A stretch of DNA of 64,000 bases. Source: Promethearchaeota archaeon. GTDB lineage: Archaea; Asgardarchaeota; Lokiarchaeia; Sigyniarchaeales; SOKP01. Under the pieces are notes generated by a model. The model had not been told where the DNA came from. It searched no databases and worked only from the letters and a program-made list of their open reading frames with translations. A program made the position numbers and the translations under genes. Shown here in pieces: positions 10,508-20,646 of this stretch. Where the stretch lies: NCBI GenBank assembly GCA_019058295.1, contig JAHPZI010000030.1, forward strand, positions 1 through 64,000. The letters run 5' to 3'. Each line of letters begins with the position of its first letter. Position 1 is the first letter of the stretch.

Positions 10508-13500
10508 GTGCCTCAAATTACTGCGCAAAAAGAGAAATCAACGATTAAACAGGGAACAATAGCGGAATTTATGCGCAAGCGTACACAATTAGTTGGATTT
10601 GAATTTGGTTATTGGAAGCACTCACAATATGCCGCTGAATTTCTTGATAATTCTCTAGATGCAATTGAATCTTTTCAATGGAAAGAGCTTAAAAAGCCGG
10701 ATTCAAAAATTAAATTTACACTTGATAAAGAACTTTCTTTAGAGAATTTATCAATACTTAAAACCGAAAAAGAGGAGGAAAAGAAAAGCTCTGAACCAAT
10801 AAATGATGAAGCAAAACATATGTTAAAGCAAGAAATTGGCATTGAACCTGTCGAAAACGACGCAGCTGAGGTCGAAATATTAGAACCTATAGAAATAAAG
10901 TCTGAAGAAATAATTGATGAAATTGAAGTGGAAGAAGAAGTAAAAAATATAATTAAAAACATGGAAGAAATTATAAAACCAGTAGAAACTATAATCGATA
11001 ATGAACCCATCGTAATCATCCGCTTAAGCGAGGCTGAAGCAGCCTCATTTTTAACTTCCGAATTAAGTCAGAAAAATATTATGAATTATACTTTTGAGAT
11101 TTTTGATAATGGCACAGGTATGAATAAATTAGATCTCCGAAAATTCGGCAGATACTTAGCTTCCTCCAAAAGCCTGGAACTTAAACAAACTCGAGGATCG
11201 CAAGGATTCGGGGCTCCATCTGCTTTCAGTGATGCGCAAAATACAACAGGCAGACCAATTGTTGCAGTCTCAAAAGATAAACATAATGTTTATGCTATAG
11301 TTTCAGAATTTTTCACAACATCAAAAAATGAGAAAAAATATTTAGTTCATCCCACAGAGATAGATAGTCCTTTCCTACACGGAACGTATATTAAATTACA
11401 TTATCTCAATGTTAAATATATTCGAGGCTATGTTGATGTTTATGTAAAAGAGACAGCTTTAATGAACCCACACATTACAATCATTTTTATTGATCCTTAT
11501 AATGAGGAGTTTATTTATCCAAGAAAAGTTTCGAGTTTCCCTATTCAACCAAAATATGCCAAACCTCATCCTTCGTCAACAAATATAGGGGATCTTCAAG
11601 ATTTACTGATTAAAGCTGAAAATCTCACAGTATCATCATTCTTAAAAGATAATTTTGTAAGAATTAGTTCAAAAACAGCAAAACAAATTATAGATCTTGC
11701 AGAGAGAGATCTACAAGACAAACTTAATTTTCTTATTCTCGAAAGTGGATTTATCAAGAAATTAGAGAAAAAAACCGATCCTATTCATTATACTCGTTTT
11801 GAAAAAAGAATTTATGGAAGATCTCAAAAACCAAGAGATAAATTGATAATTTATGAAGTTATTTCAGATGAATTTAAGAATAAATACTGGGATTTAATAT
11901 CGGACTATAATGAACTCAATAAAAAACATGAAAAGATCTCTAAAAAGATACAAAAAGAGTATAATTTAATCGAAAAAGCAGAGACTCAAAAAGAAATAAA
12001 AAGTTTTGAAAAAAATGTTAGAGCCTTTTTAAAGGATATTGATGGTATAAGAAAACAAAAGGATAACATCAGAACAGATCTAGATAAAATGATAAATAGC
12101 TCAAAAGATGGGTTAAATGAGCTTAAAAAATTTAAAGATCGAAGTGATATAGAGGATCTTGTCAAAGAAATTCAATTATCAAAAACAAAACCTGCTGAAT
12201 TAACAAACGATCAATTTAATTCCCTTTTTCTTGCTTTTAAGTCCGTAAAATATATGGCTCCTCCGACAGACACAGCAATCCCTGTAGGAGAGTCTGTGTT
12301 AGAAAATACTTTAATAAAAGAAATAGGCTTAAAAGTCTCAGATAATTTAGATGATTTTGACACTCCCGTAGAGGAACTTAATAAATCAATCGATATTATA
12401 CTTGAAGTTAAGAAAAACGAATTAAAGAAAGGAGATCCAACAATAAAAGACGAAATTTTAAATAATATTTCAATATCTGATGAAGAAGTCCATGATATTA
12501 GTTCACAGATTTTAGCTAATGTAGATATTAAGGATGAAAGTTTGGAAACAGAACAATTTAAACAATCTCTTGAAAATATTATAGCATCTTCGGAAGATGA
12601 GTCTCAAAATGTTTATGGAGAGGTATTTGATTATTTTATTGAAAGTTTTACTAGAGACGACGATTTTGTAGCAGCTGAAACTAGAGATCCTACTAGTGGA
12701 AAAGGCTTAGCATATGTTGTGGAAGCTGTAATGGCACATTCAAAACTTATTGAAACGCCGAAACGTTCAAGAGATGTTTTATCAAGATTTGTTAATAGAA
12801 CTCCTAAATTAAGGGATAGTGCTGATTGTGCTATTACTAAGGCAGTTCAAGCAGTAAATTGGAAAAATTATAAATTAGAAACATATGATAATAATTTACC
12901 TAAAGGTCCAATCAAACTTCTTGTAAACGTTTCTGGACCCTTTGTACATTTAATGTTTAAATCACAATCAAAAAACTCTTTAGCTGACGATGAAGATTTA
13001 ATTAAAGAGATTAAATATTGTCTAGAAGCAATAGGAAGAAGATTAAGGATCTATCTAAATCGAAGAGCTTCAATACGAAAAACTGAAAAACGAGCAAGTT
13101 TAATCGATAAATATATCCCTCTATTCGTTAAAAGTCTGTATAACATAGTTTCAGAGGGTGAAGGTTCAAAATATAAAGAAAAGGTAAAAGAAAAGGAATT
13201 ACAGAACCTTATGAGAGATGCCATAGGAAAAAAACCTGCTCCTGTTGGCGAGGCAAAAGCTGAGAGAGAAGAAATAAAAATTGAACCTGTTAAACCATTA
13301 ATAAAAGAGGAAGTAATAGAAGCAAAACCTAAGATTGAAATTCCTAAGGAGGATGAAGTAAAGAAGAAGGAATTAGAGAAAAAAGAAGTTGAAGTAAAGA
13401 AAATAGAACCTAGAAAAGAAGAAGTTAAAATTCAAGACTTTAATGAATTAACAGTACGTCAATTATATAAATATGCAAATGAAAATAACATAAAGTTGCC

Positions 13501-13957
13501 TTCAAAAGCTAGAAAAAATGATATAATTAAAAAAATTAAGGAATCAATCAGTAAAAAGGAAATTATTGAACCAAAGATTGAAGAAATCCCTCCAAAACAG
13601 AAAAAAATTGCCCCTCCTCCTCCTAAAGAAGTAGCGAAAGTAAAACCAAAAGTTGTAGTAAAACCAAAACCTGCAGTAAAATCAAAACCTGCAGTAAAAC
13701 CAAAACCTGCAGTAAAACCAAAACCTATTGTAAAACCTCCACAACCTAAACAAACGCACTTACCGATGATAACAAATTCAAATATTTTAAATGCATTGAC
13801 TAATGAATGGCAAACAATAAAACATTTAATCTTTAAGTTAAAAATAAAAGATATGATGGATGCAAGATTTTTACAGATAAAGCTTAAGGAATTAGAACGT
13901 AAAGGTGAGGTTTTAGTCGATATTAAGATGGGTAAAAAACATTGGAAAAAAACCTAA
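10508..13957 (+). CDS. top6B: DNA topoisomerase VI subunit B, greatly expanded (1149 aa)
   Basis: EFLDNSLDA, DNGTGM, QTRGSQGFG, KPHP, RFVNRTP; adjacent to top6A; GTG start. Confidence 0.92.
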   Translation: MPQITAQKEKSTIKQGTIAEFMRKRTQLVGFEFGYWKHSQYAAEFLDNSLDAIESFQWKELKKPDSKIKFTLDKELSLENLSILKTEKEEEKKSSEPINDEAKHMLKQEIGIEPVENDAAEVEILEPIEIKSEEIIDEIEVEEEVKNIIKNMEEIIKPVETIIDNEPIVIIRLSEAEAASFLTSELSQKNIMNYTFEIFDNGTGMNKLDLRKFGRYLASSKSLELKQTRGSQGFGAPSAFSDAQNTTGRPIVAVSKDKHNVYAIVSEFFTTSKNEKKYLVHPTEIDSPFLHGTYIKLHYLNVKYIRGYVDVYVKETALMNPHITIIFIDPYNEEFIYPRKVSSFPIQPKYAKPHPSSTNIGDLQDLLIKAENLTVSSFLKDNFVRISSKTAKQIIDLAERDLQDKLNFLILESGFIKKLEKKTDPIHYTRFEKRIYGRSQKPRDKLIIYEVISDEFKNKYWDLISDYNELNKKHEKISKKIQKEYNLIEKAETQKEIKSFEKNVRAFLKDIDGIRKQKDNIRTDLDKMINSSKDGLNELKKFKDRSDIEDLVKEIQLSKTKPAELTNDQFNSLFLAFKSVKYMAPPTDTAIPVGESVLENTLIKEIGLKVSDNLDDFDTPVEELNKSIDIILEVKKNELKKGDPTIKDEILNNISISDEEVHDISSQILANVDIKDESLETEQFKQSLENIIASSEDESQNVYGEVFDYFIESFTRDDDFVAAETRDPTSGKGLAYVVEAVMAHSKLIETPKRSRDVLSRFVNRTPKLRDSADCAITKAVQAVNWKNYKLETYDNNLPKGPIKLLVNVSGPFVHLMFKSQSKNSLADDEDLIKEIKYCLEAIGRRLRIYLNRRASIRKTEKRASLIDKYIPLFVKSLYNIVSEGEGSKYKEKVKEKELQNLMRDAIGKKPAPVGEAKAEREEIKIEPVKPLIKEEVIEAKPKIEIPKEDEVKKKELEKKEVEVKKIEPRKEEVKIQDFNELTVRQLYKYANENNIKLPSKARKNDIIKKIKESISKKEIIEPKIEEIPPKQKKIAPPPPKEVAKVKPKVVVKPKPAVKSKPAVKPKPAVKPKPIVKPPQPKQTHLPMITNSNILNALTNEWQTIKHLIFKLKIKDMMDARFLQIKLKELERKGEVLVDIKMGKKHWKKT
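13640..13737 (+). repeat. ~5.5 x 18-nt coding repeat (VKPKPA) in Top6B tail
   Basis: gtaaaaccaaaacctgca units at 13640, 13658, 13676, 13694, 13712. Confidence 0.9.
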
Positions 13958-13972
13958 AATTGGGAATTTATT

Positions 13973-15160
13973 ATGGCAAAAAAGCAATCTAAACGAAATT
14001 GGGATTTTAAGGCTGCTAAAGATTTGTTTTATGAATATTTAGAAAAGCGTCAAGAGAAAAAAAAAATTAATCTTCCCCCTGAAACAATACAAATAGACAA
14101 TTTGAACAGAAAAGAAGCGCTAAATCGTTTATATGATCTAACAGATTCAGTTATAGAAAAAATCTATGCTTCTGGACGTCCTACTATTCAATTACCCTCA
14201 AGAACAAGTACTAACATTATATGGGATGAAGAGAACGACTTATTATTGCTTGGAAAGCAACTTCAAGAGAAACAGTTCCACAGTCTGTCCAGTGTGGCAG
14301 ATATAACTCGATTAATGCGAGTTCTAGAAGCCGTTAATGAATTACTTGTAAAGGATCTCCATGCTACAAAAAGAGAGATTTTCTATTCAGATGTAAAATT
14401 ATTTGGGGAACAAAAAAATAGCGATAAAAGCATTGAAGACATAGCAACTATGCTCTATACAACAAGAAATTCTACTCATATTGTAGCCTCTGCTAAAGGC
14501 TCATGTATAGGTAGACTTAGAATTAGAGATAAAAGCGATATTATTGATTTAGAAGGATTAGGAAGTGGTGGTTGGACGATAAGTCCAATGCTTGACAATA
14601 TTGAGATTCTTGAATCAGATGCCGAATTTATCTTGGTTGTTGAGAAGGATGCTGCTATGATCCGGCTTGCAGAAGCTCGATTTTGGCGAAAATATCCTTG
14701 TATCATATTAACAGCAAAAGGTGCAGCTGATATCGCTACGCGTATGTTTCTTAAACATTTAAGTAAAGATTTAAAGCTCCCTGTATTTAGTTTAGTGGAT
14801 TCGGACCCTTATGGGCATTATATTCATAGTGTATATTTACGTGGCTCGAAGAGATTAAGTTATGAATCACCTTTTCTTGCTACGCCCAATATAAAACTCC
14901 TTGGTGTTTTGACTCGAGATTTAGATAAATATAAAATACCAAAAGAAGGAAGACTTCCTATGACTAAGATGGATATCAAACGGACTAAAGAGTTACTTAA
15001 CGAAGATTTCGTTAAAAAAAATAAAGCATGGCATGATGATCTCAATCTAGCTTTAAAATTAAAAGTAAAAGCTGAAATTCAAGTTCTTTCTTCACACGGA
15101 TTTGAATTTTTAACAGATCAATATCTTCCAGAGAAACTGACGACTGGGGACTGGATTTAA
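13973..15160 (+). CDS. top6A: DNA topoisomerase VI subunit A (Spo11 family)
   Basis: TKREIFY catalytic Tyr; TOPRIM VVEKDA and DSDPYG. Confidence 0.95.
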   Translation: MAKKQSKRNWDFKAAKDLFYEYLEKRQEKKKINLPPETIQIDNLNRKEALNRLYDLTDSVIEKIYASGRPTIQLPSRTSTNIIWDEENDLLLLGKQLQEKQFHSLSSVADITRLMRVLEAVNELLVKDLHATKREIFYSDVKLFGEQKNSDKSIEDIATMLYTTRNSTHIVASAKGSCIGRLRIRDKSDIIDLEGLGSGGWTISPMLDNIEILESDAEFILVVEKDAAMIRLAEARFWRKYPCIILTAKGAADIATRMFLKHLSKDLKLPVFSLVDSDPYGHYIHSVYLRGSKRLSYESPFLATPNIKLLGVLTRDLDKYKIPKEGRLPMTKMDIKRTKELLNEDFVKKNKAWHDDLNLALKLKVKAEIQVLSSHGFEFLTDQYLPEKLTTGDWI

Positions 15161-15178
15161 AAGAGGTGATTATTCGAA

Positions 15179-15697
15179 ATGCGAATTTTTAATAAAAAGG
15201 ATGGCGGTATTGTTCAATTAATCGATAAAGAGAAAATGCAAGAATGGCCAGTTGAATTACCACTTATATTTATTGAATACATCAGAGAAAAACAAATTGA
15301 AAAATATGAGGATGCAAAGGTAAAAAAGGAAATTTCAAATTATCTTAACGAGATTCTTAAAGATGTAGCAATTCCAAGATTAATATCTGTATTAGAAGGA
15401 GATAATAATGAAGAAACTATTTCTGCCCTTCAAAGGATTGAAGAACTCTCTAAAAAAAATATAGAAATGACAAAACCAATAAGACCATATCTTAATAATT
15501 TGTTAAAACATAGAAACAAAACTATCGTTAAACTCGCCCAGAATATTTCAAATAATTTTACTAAAGCTGATAGAAAGAAAGAACTGGCTAAGAAAAGAAA
15601 AATCATGCAAGAGAAAGAAAAAGATTTCTTAGCAGGAAAAATTAGCGGAGAAGAATATGCGCGTACGAGAAAAGAATATTTAACTCTTAAAGAATAA
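15179..15697 (+). CDS. Hypothetical helical (HEAT-like) protein
   Basis: 172-aa ORF, GAGGTGA upstream. Confidence 0.65.
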   Translation: MRIFNKKDGGIVQLIDKEKMQEWPVELPLIFIEYIREKQIEKYEDAKVKKEISNYLNEILKDVAIPRLISVLEGDNNEETISALQRIEELSKKNIEMTKPIRPYLNNLLKHRNKTIVKLAQNISNNFTKADRKKELAKKRKIMQEKEKDFLAGKISGEEYARTRKEYLTLKE

Positions 15698-15706
15698 TAA
15701 TAATCA

Positions 15707-16396
15707 ATGAAATGGGAAAAAGAAAAATTTTACGATTTTATTATTGAGAACAAAGTAATTGGCTTCTTTGATGAGCCCCTAGAATTAAAATCTGGTAGAA
15801 AATCTTATTTTTATGTAAATTGGAGAAATATTGCTGAAGATGTCTATTTAATTGATAAATTAAGCGACTTCCTTATAAGTTTTGTTGAAAAGCTTGGTTT
15901 AATACCCGACTGTTTCTATGGTGTACCAGAAGGCGCCACCAAAATAGGAATAATTACACAATATAAATGGGCCAAAATTCAAAAAAATTATAATCATGGA
16001 ATTTATCCATTATCAATGGGTCGAGCAAAACCTAAACAGCACGGCGACCCTAAAGACAGATTCTTTTTAGGTATTCCAAGAGGAAATGTAGTAATACTTG
16101 AAGATGTAACTACTACAGGAAGTTCGTTAATCCAAACTATAAATAAATTATTCGATAACAATATTAAAATAATAGCTGCCATTGGTCTAACAAATAGAAA
16201 CGAAATTAGGGATGATAATAAATCAGTTGAGGAAGTTCTCAAAGATAAGGATTTAAAATATTATGCTATGAGTAATGCAATAGAATTATTACCAAAAGTT
16301 TATGATCTATTAAAACCGGGTGAAAAAATAGCTAGACACATAGAAGATTATTTTAAAAAATATGGAATTAAAGAAATCAAATTCTTAAAAACATAA
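15707..16396 (+). CDS. pyrE: Orotate phosphoribosyltransferase
   Basis: LKSGRKSYFY, PRPP loop VILEDVTTTGSS. Confidence 0.85.
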   Translation: MKWEKEKFYDFIIENKVIGFFDEPLELKSGRKSYFYVNWRNIAEDVYLIDKLSDFLISFVEKLGLIPDCFYGVPEGATKIGIITQYKWAKIQKNYNHGIYPLSMGRAKPKQHGDPKDRFFLGIPRGNVVILEDVTTTGSSLIQTINKLFDNNIKIIAAIGLTNRNEIRDDNKSVEEVLKDKDLKYYAMSNAIELLPKVYDLLKPGEKIARHIEDYFKKYGIKEIKFLKT

Positions 16397-16454
16397 ATAA
16401 TAAGCATAGTAATTTAAAAAAGACTCGCTTAAGATATGAATTTCAATTTTATTT

Positions 16455-17030
16455 TTATTGATTCGCTCCTAAAAAAAAGTTTCTCCATGTCCTTATATGT
16501 TCATGGATATAATTAAATAGTATTTTTTCAGAACTAGTCAACCTTTTCTCATCATCTAAAGATAATTTTGTTCTTGATAATCTTAACAATTTCAATAATC
16601 TGCCGTCGATTGTACTGGATAAGTATGAATAAAACCGATCTAAATCGTCTTTTGGTTTAATTCCGGCTTTTACTTCTTCTTGCGTGAAAAATTGGAATTC
16701 TTTTATTTTATTTAAAAAATATTCAGTATCTTGTTGAACGAGCCTCTGATTATCTCTTTCAGCAATAGCATATCTTTGAACATCCACATGATCACATTTA
16801 TCACTCGATGCTATTTTCATTATATTATTTTCAATAAAAGGAATAGCTAAAAATAATTTCAATTTATATTTTTTTCCTTTTTCGAATGGACCAAAAGATT
16901 CTCCAAATATCGATAATGAATTTTGATCCTTTGTACATTCTGTATAAATCTCATCATTTTTAAAAATAAAATTTATTCTGTTAAGGGAATCAATTAAATT
17001 ATCATGAATTTTATTCAAATTTAAACTCAC
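16455..17030 (-). CDS. GINS complex subunit (B-domain first, Gins23-like)
   Basis: GPFEKGKKYKLKLFLAIPF B-domain, RLLKLLRLS..LTSSEK A-domain; near mcm. Confidence 0.7.
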   Translation of the reverse strand: MSLNLNKIHDNLIDSLNRINFIFKNDEIYTECTKDQNSLSIFGESFGPFEKGKKYKLKLFLAIPFIENNIMKIASSDKCDHVDVQRYAIAERDNQRLVQQDTEYFLNKIKEFQFFTQEEVKAGIKPKDDLDRFYSYLSSTIDGRLLKLLRLSRTKLSLDDEKRLTSSEKILFNYIHEHIRTWRNFFLGANQ

Positions 17031-17126
17031 CAGAATTTAATATAACAAGTTGATTTTATATATTATATTAATTATATTAAGAAAAATAAAATTTATATTA
17101 AGATATTAATACTCTATTAAACTGAA

Positions 17127-20100
17127 ATGGACATTATAATTATTATATTATTTATAGTCTTTATTGCGGTTTTTATTTTTGGCTTTTTAATTATTTACAA
17201 GCAAGTTGCACTTATAAAAAAGGGAGAATTCAAGCTTAAAGATCGCTTTCAATGTATCGTTTATGGATTTATATTTAGTTCTGCGGTATTAGTAGTTGTT
17301 AGTATGGCATTGATATTTACGATAGAAACTCCTGAATTCTGGACAGATACTAGTCCTCCAGATTTGAATCCAATTCTTTTTCTCATTCCATTTATGATAT
17401 GCCTAGCTTATATTTCTTTTTACCCTTTGATTGATTTTCTTTTTATTGCTCTTAGCGGAGAAGCAGACGAGGGTCTTACTCCATTTCATAAGTTCATTGG
17501 TGAAAAAATCATAAATAAAACAAATTATAAAATAATAAATGTTATCATCGCATTGGCTTTTTATTTTGGAGTTTTTTTTTTACCTCCAATTTTACTTGCA
17601 TTATTAGGATTACCCTTTATAATGATATGGATAAGCTGGATGCTTGTTTATCCATTAATGATTTTAACTTTTTATGGAACTAAGGGATATATTGCCCAGT
17701 TATCAAATTTTTATCTCCATATCCCAGAGATTAAAAGATCTGTTTTCCTTGGATTTGAAGATGGGAAGAGAACTTTTGAAGAATTTAAAAAAGGATGGGC
17801 ACCAAGAATTCTTGTAGGATTAATGATTTTTGTTTTTGTCTGGGCGTGGATTTCCATGATTCAAACAATAGGTTTTTATTTTACGGCAACAATGCCCTTC
17901 GCAATAATGTCTTCTATTTTTGTTTTCGTCACGCTTTTTTTAGGAGTGCTTGGATATTTTACTAGATTCTGGGCCCGTAAAATAAAATATAGAGGTATAG
18001 ATATCTATTTCGCAGCTTACTTAATAGCCGCCATTGCTATCAACATACTAGTTAATTTTTTAATCTTAAATGCAGAAAAGCTAGAAAACACATTTATTTT
18101 CTGGAAATTCACTCGTGATATTACTCCTAATTATTTAATGTTCGCTTTTGCTGCAGTTATCGAAGAAGTAGTTTTGTTAATATTTACTACATACTATTTC
18201 TTATCTAAAACAAATGAATTCAAAAAAAATATTAAAATTTCAATTATAACTCAATGTGGCCAGACTTTTGATCCTATACCCCTTTTTAATTTAATTAAAA
18301 ATAAAAATCAAGAAATAAGTAAATATGCTGAAGAAACATTAATTATGATGTATGAAAGAATCCCTCTTAAAGAAAAGACTATTCTTGATGATATGAAATT
18401 TAAAAATTCTTTAATAGATGGAATATGCGATCCCCATCCTAATTCTCGGAGAATTTGTTATAAGATTTTAGTTCAATTGGAAAACGATGTCCCAGATAAA
18501 ATATTACCATGGGTTGTTGAATCATTAGAAAGTCCTAATTATGATAAAAGTATCCCTTATGCCAAATCTTTGCTCATAGCTGATATGAATTTGGTCAATA
18601 ATATTCCTATAACTGCAATATTTAATCTTGTCGAGGATGCTGAGTGGAGACTGAAATTATTTGGATTAAAAATCTTATCAAGCTTAATTCAAAAAGATAA
18701 TACCCTAATATTGAATCTGGATGTTAATAAATTATTGAATGATCCAGATTATCATGTCCAAGTTGAAACTCTTAATATATTTTCAAAAGCTTCGGAGGAA
18801 CTACCATTAGAATTGTTAATTGAAAAATTAAATCATCCTAATCAATTTATAAGATCAGCTACTATTAAAAATATTAAAAATTTAAAATCTGAGAACATTA
18901 AAGATGAAATAATAACAAAGATCGTCCCCTTTATAAAAGATCCAACAAGCTCGGTTAGAGCATCAATTTTTGAGCTCTTTTCCAAAATAGGGAATTTTAA
19001 GAAATTTTCAATTCCAATTCAACCTTTTCTCGAAGGTTTAACTGATATTAATAAACATGTAAGAAAAGCTTCAGTTTTAGCACTTGAAAAATATTTTAAT
19101 GAAAAACCAAGGTCCTTAGATATAGACTTGATTATAAATAAAATAGATCCTAATAATATTGAGATCTTAAATAGCGTATTATCATTACTAGGTAGATTCT
19201 GGGAAAAAGATCCTGAAAAGATCTTAACTACTTTATTAATATTTTTAAAATTTGATAACGATCAATTAAAAGAAGCAATATCAAAGATTCTTGTTGAAAA
19301 ACATAAAACTAACCCCAATTTAATCGTTCAGAATTTAATTTGTATTCCTGATGTTTCTAAATATATTAAAAAAGGTATTGTTTCCACAACAATAATAAGA
19401 ATTGCTAAAAATGATCCTAAAAATGTAATTCCTAAGTTAATTAGTTATTTAGATTCTAATGATGATGATATCAGATTAAATGCGATCCTATCATTGGAGG
19501 GATTAGTTGATGATTTTTCAGATAAAATTAACATTAAATCTTTCCTAATACTTTTAGAAAAGGATACAAACCAACAAATAAAAAAAGAATGTTCAAAAGT
19601 TATATCTAAAATAGCAAAAAAGAATCCAATGATGATAAAGCCTGAAATGATTGCTATTTTACAATCCTTAAATAATCAAGAACCGTCAGTTAAGATTTCA
19701 TTATTTAAATCTTTATTAGAAATTGCTAGGGAATCACCAGACTTAATTCCAATCCCTCCAATTATTGATTTTCTCTCAGATTCTGATTCCTTTATTCGAG
19801 AATCTTGTGTAAAAATATTAGGTTTTATAGGATATAAATCTCCAGAAGAAGCTATTGATATATTGTTTAATATTGGTTTAAAGGATGAAGATTGGATAGT
19901 TAGAGAAGCTAGTATTTCAAGTTTAGGAGAAATTATCGAACACCTCGAAAATAGAGAATTAATCATTAATAAACTTGTATATTTTCTTGATGATGAAAAC
20001 ACTTGGGTAAGAAGATCGGCCATGAACATACTTTCTAATCTTAAAGAAATTAAAACTTCACAAATTCCCTTTGAGAAGGTTTTAAAGAATTTAAAAGATA

Positions 20101-20474
20101 AAGACCCAAAAGTTAGAGAAGCATCAACCGGATTGCTTAAAATCTATGGTATTCATAATGTCGATTCAATATTTGAAAACATAATTTCTCTTTTAGACGA
20201 TGATTCTGAGGATGTTAGAAATAAAATGGTCAATGATATGGTCTTAATCATTAATAAAATTGGACTCAATAAAGTTTTATCAAAACTCTTGAAAAATCTG
20301 AGCGGAGAAACCTCTTTAGGATTACAACGCTCAATAGCCTTAATCTTGGAGCGAACCTCAAAATACGAAGGCGAAGAAATCAAAAAGAGAGTCATATCAT
20401 TATTAAAAATAAGGTGTGAAATGAGCCAGGATCCCATTATATGTGAAGCATTACATAAAATAAGAGAAAGTTAA
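17127..20474 (+). CDS. Multi-pass membrane protein with long HEAT-repeat C-terminus
   Basis: ~360-aa hydrophobic N-terminus; repeated L.D....VR..A motifs. Confidence 0.8.
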   Translation: MDIIIIILFIVFIAVFIFGFLIIYKQVALIKKGEFKLKDRFQCIVYGFIFSSAVLVVVSMALIFTIETPEFWTDTSPPDLNPILFLIPFMICLAYISFYPLIDFLFIALSGEADEGLTPFHKFIGEKIINKTNYKIINVIIALAFYFGVFFLPPILLALLGLPFIMIWISWMLVYPLMILTFYGTKGYIAQLSNFYLHIPEIKRSVFLGFEDGKRTFEEFKKGWAPRILVGLMIFVFVWAWISMIQTIGFYFTATMPFAIMSSIFVFVTLFLGVLGYFTRFWARKIKYRGIDIYFAAYLIAAIAINILVNFLILNAEKLENTFIFWKFTRDITPNYLMFAFAAVIEEVVLLIFTTYYFLSKTNEFKKNIKISIITQCGQTFDPIPLFNLIKNKNQEISKYAEETLIMMYERIPLKEKTILDDMKFKNSLIDGICDPHPNSRRICYKILVQLENDVPDKILPWVVESLESPNYDKSIPYAKSLLIADMNLVNNIPITAIFNLVEDAEWRLKLFGLKILSSLIQKDNTLILNLDVNKLLNDPDYHVQVETLNIFSKASEELPLELLIEKLNHPNQFIRSATIKNIKNLKSENIKDEIITKIVPFIKDPTSSVRASIFELFSKIGNFKKFSIPIQPFLEGLTDINKHVRKASVLALEKYFNEKPRSLDIDLIINKIDPNNIEILNSVLSLLGRFWEKDPEKILTTLLIFLKFDNDQLKEAISKILVEKHKTNPNLIVQNLICIPDVSKYIKKGIVSTTIIRIAKNDPKNVIPKLISYLDSNDDDIRLNAILSLEGLVDDFSDKINIKSFLILLEKDTNQQIKKECSKVISKIAKKNPMMIKPEMIAILQSLNNQEPSVKISLFKSLLEIARESPDLIPIPPIIDFLSDSDSFIRESCVKILGFIGYKSPEEAIDILFNIGLKDEDWIVREASISSLGEIIEHLENRELIINKLVYFLDDENTWVRRSAMNILSNLKEIKTSQIPFEKVLKNLKDKDPKVREASTGLLKIYGIHNVDSIFENIISLLDDDSEDVRNKMVNDMVLIINKIGLNKVLSKLLKNLSGETSLGLQRSIALILERTSKYEGEEIKKRVISLLKIRCEMSQDPIICEALHKIRES

Positions 20475-20646
20475 AAAAAATGGTATTTCTCCTTATTAAT
20501 AATAAATTACTAAATTGAACCTCTATTTTTCTTAAATATTTTCCAGTAGTTTTAATATCTAGTTAATAAAATAAGTTGTTAATATTCCAAATTAAAATAC
20601 TATAAAAAATAATTTGTCTATAACAATAAAATTGAGTGATTTTTAA

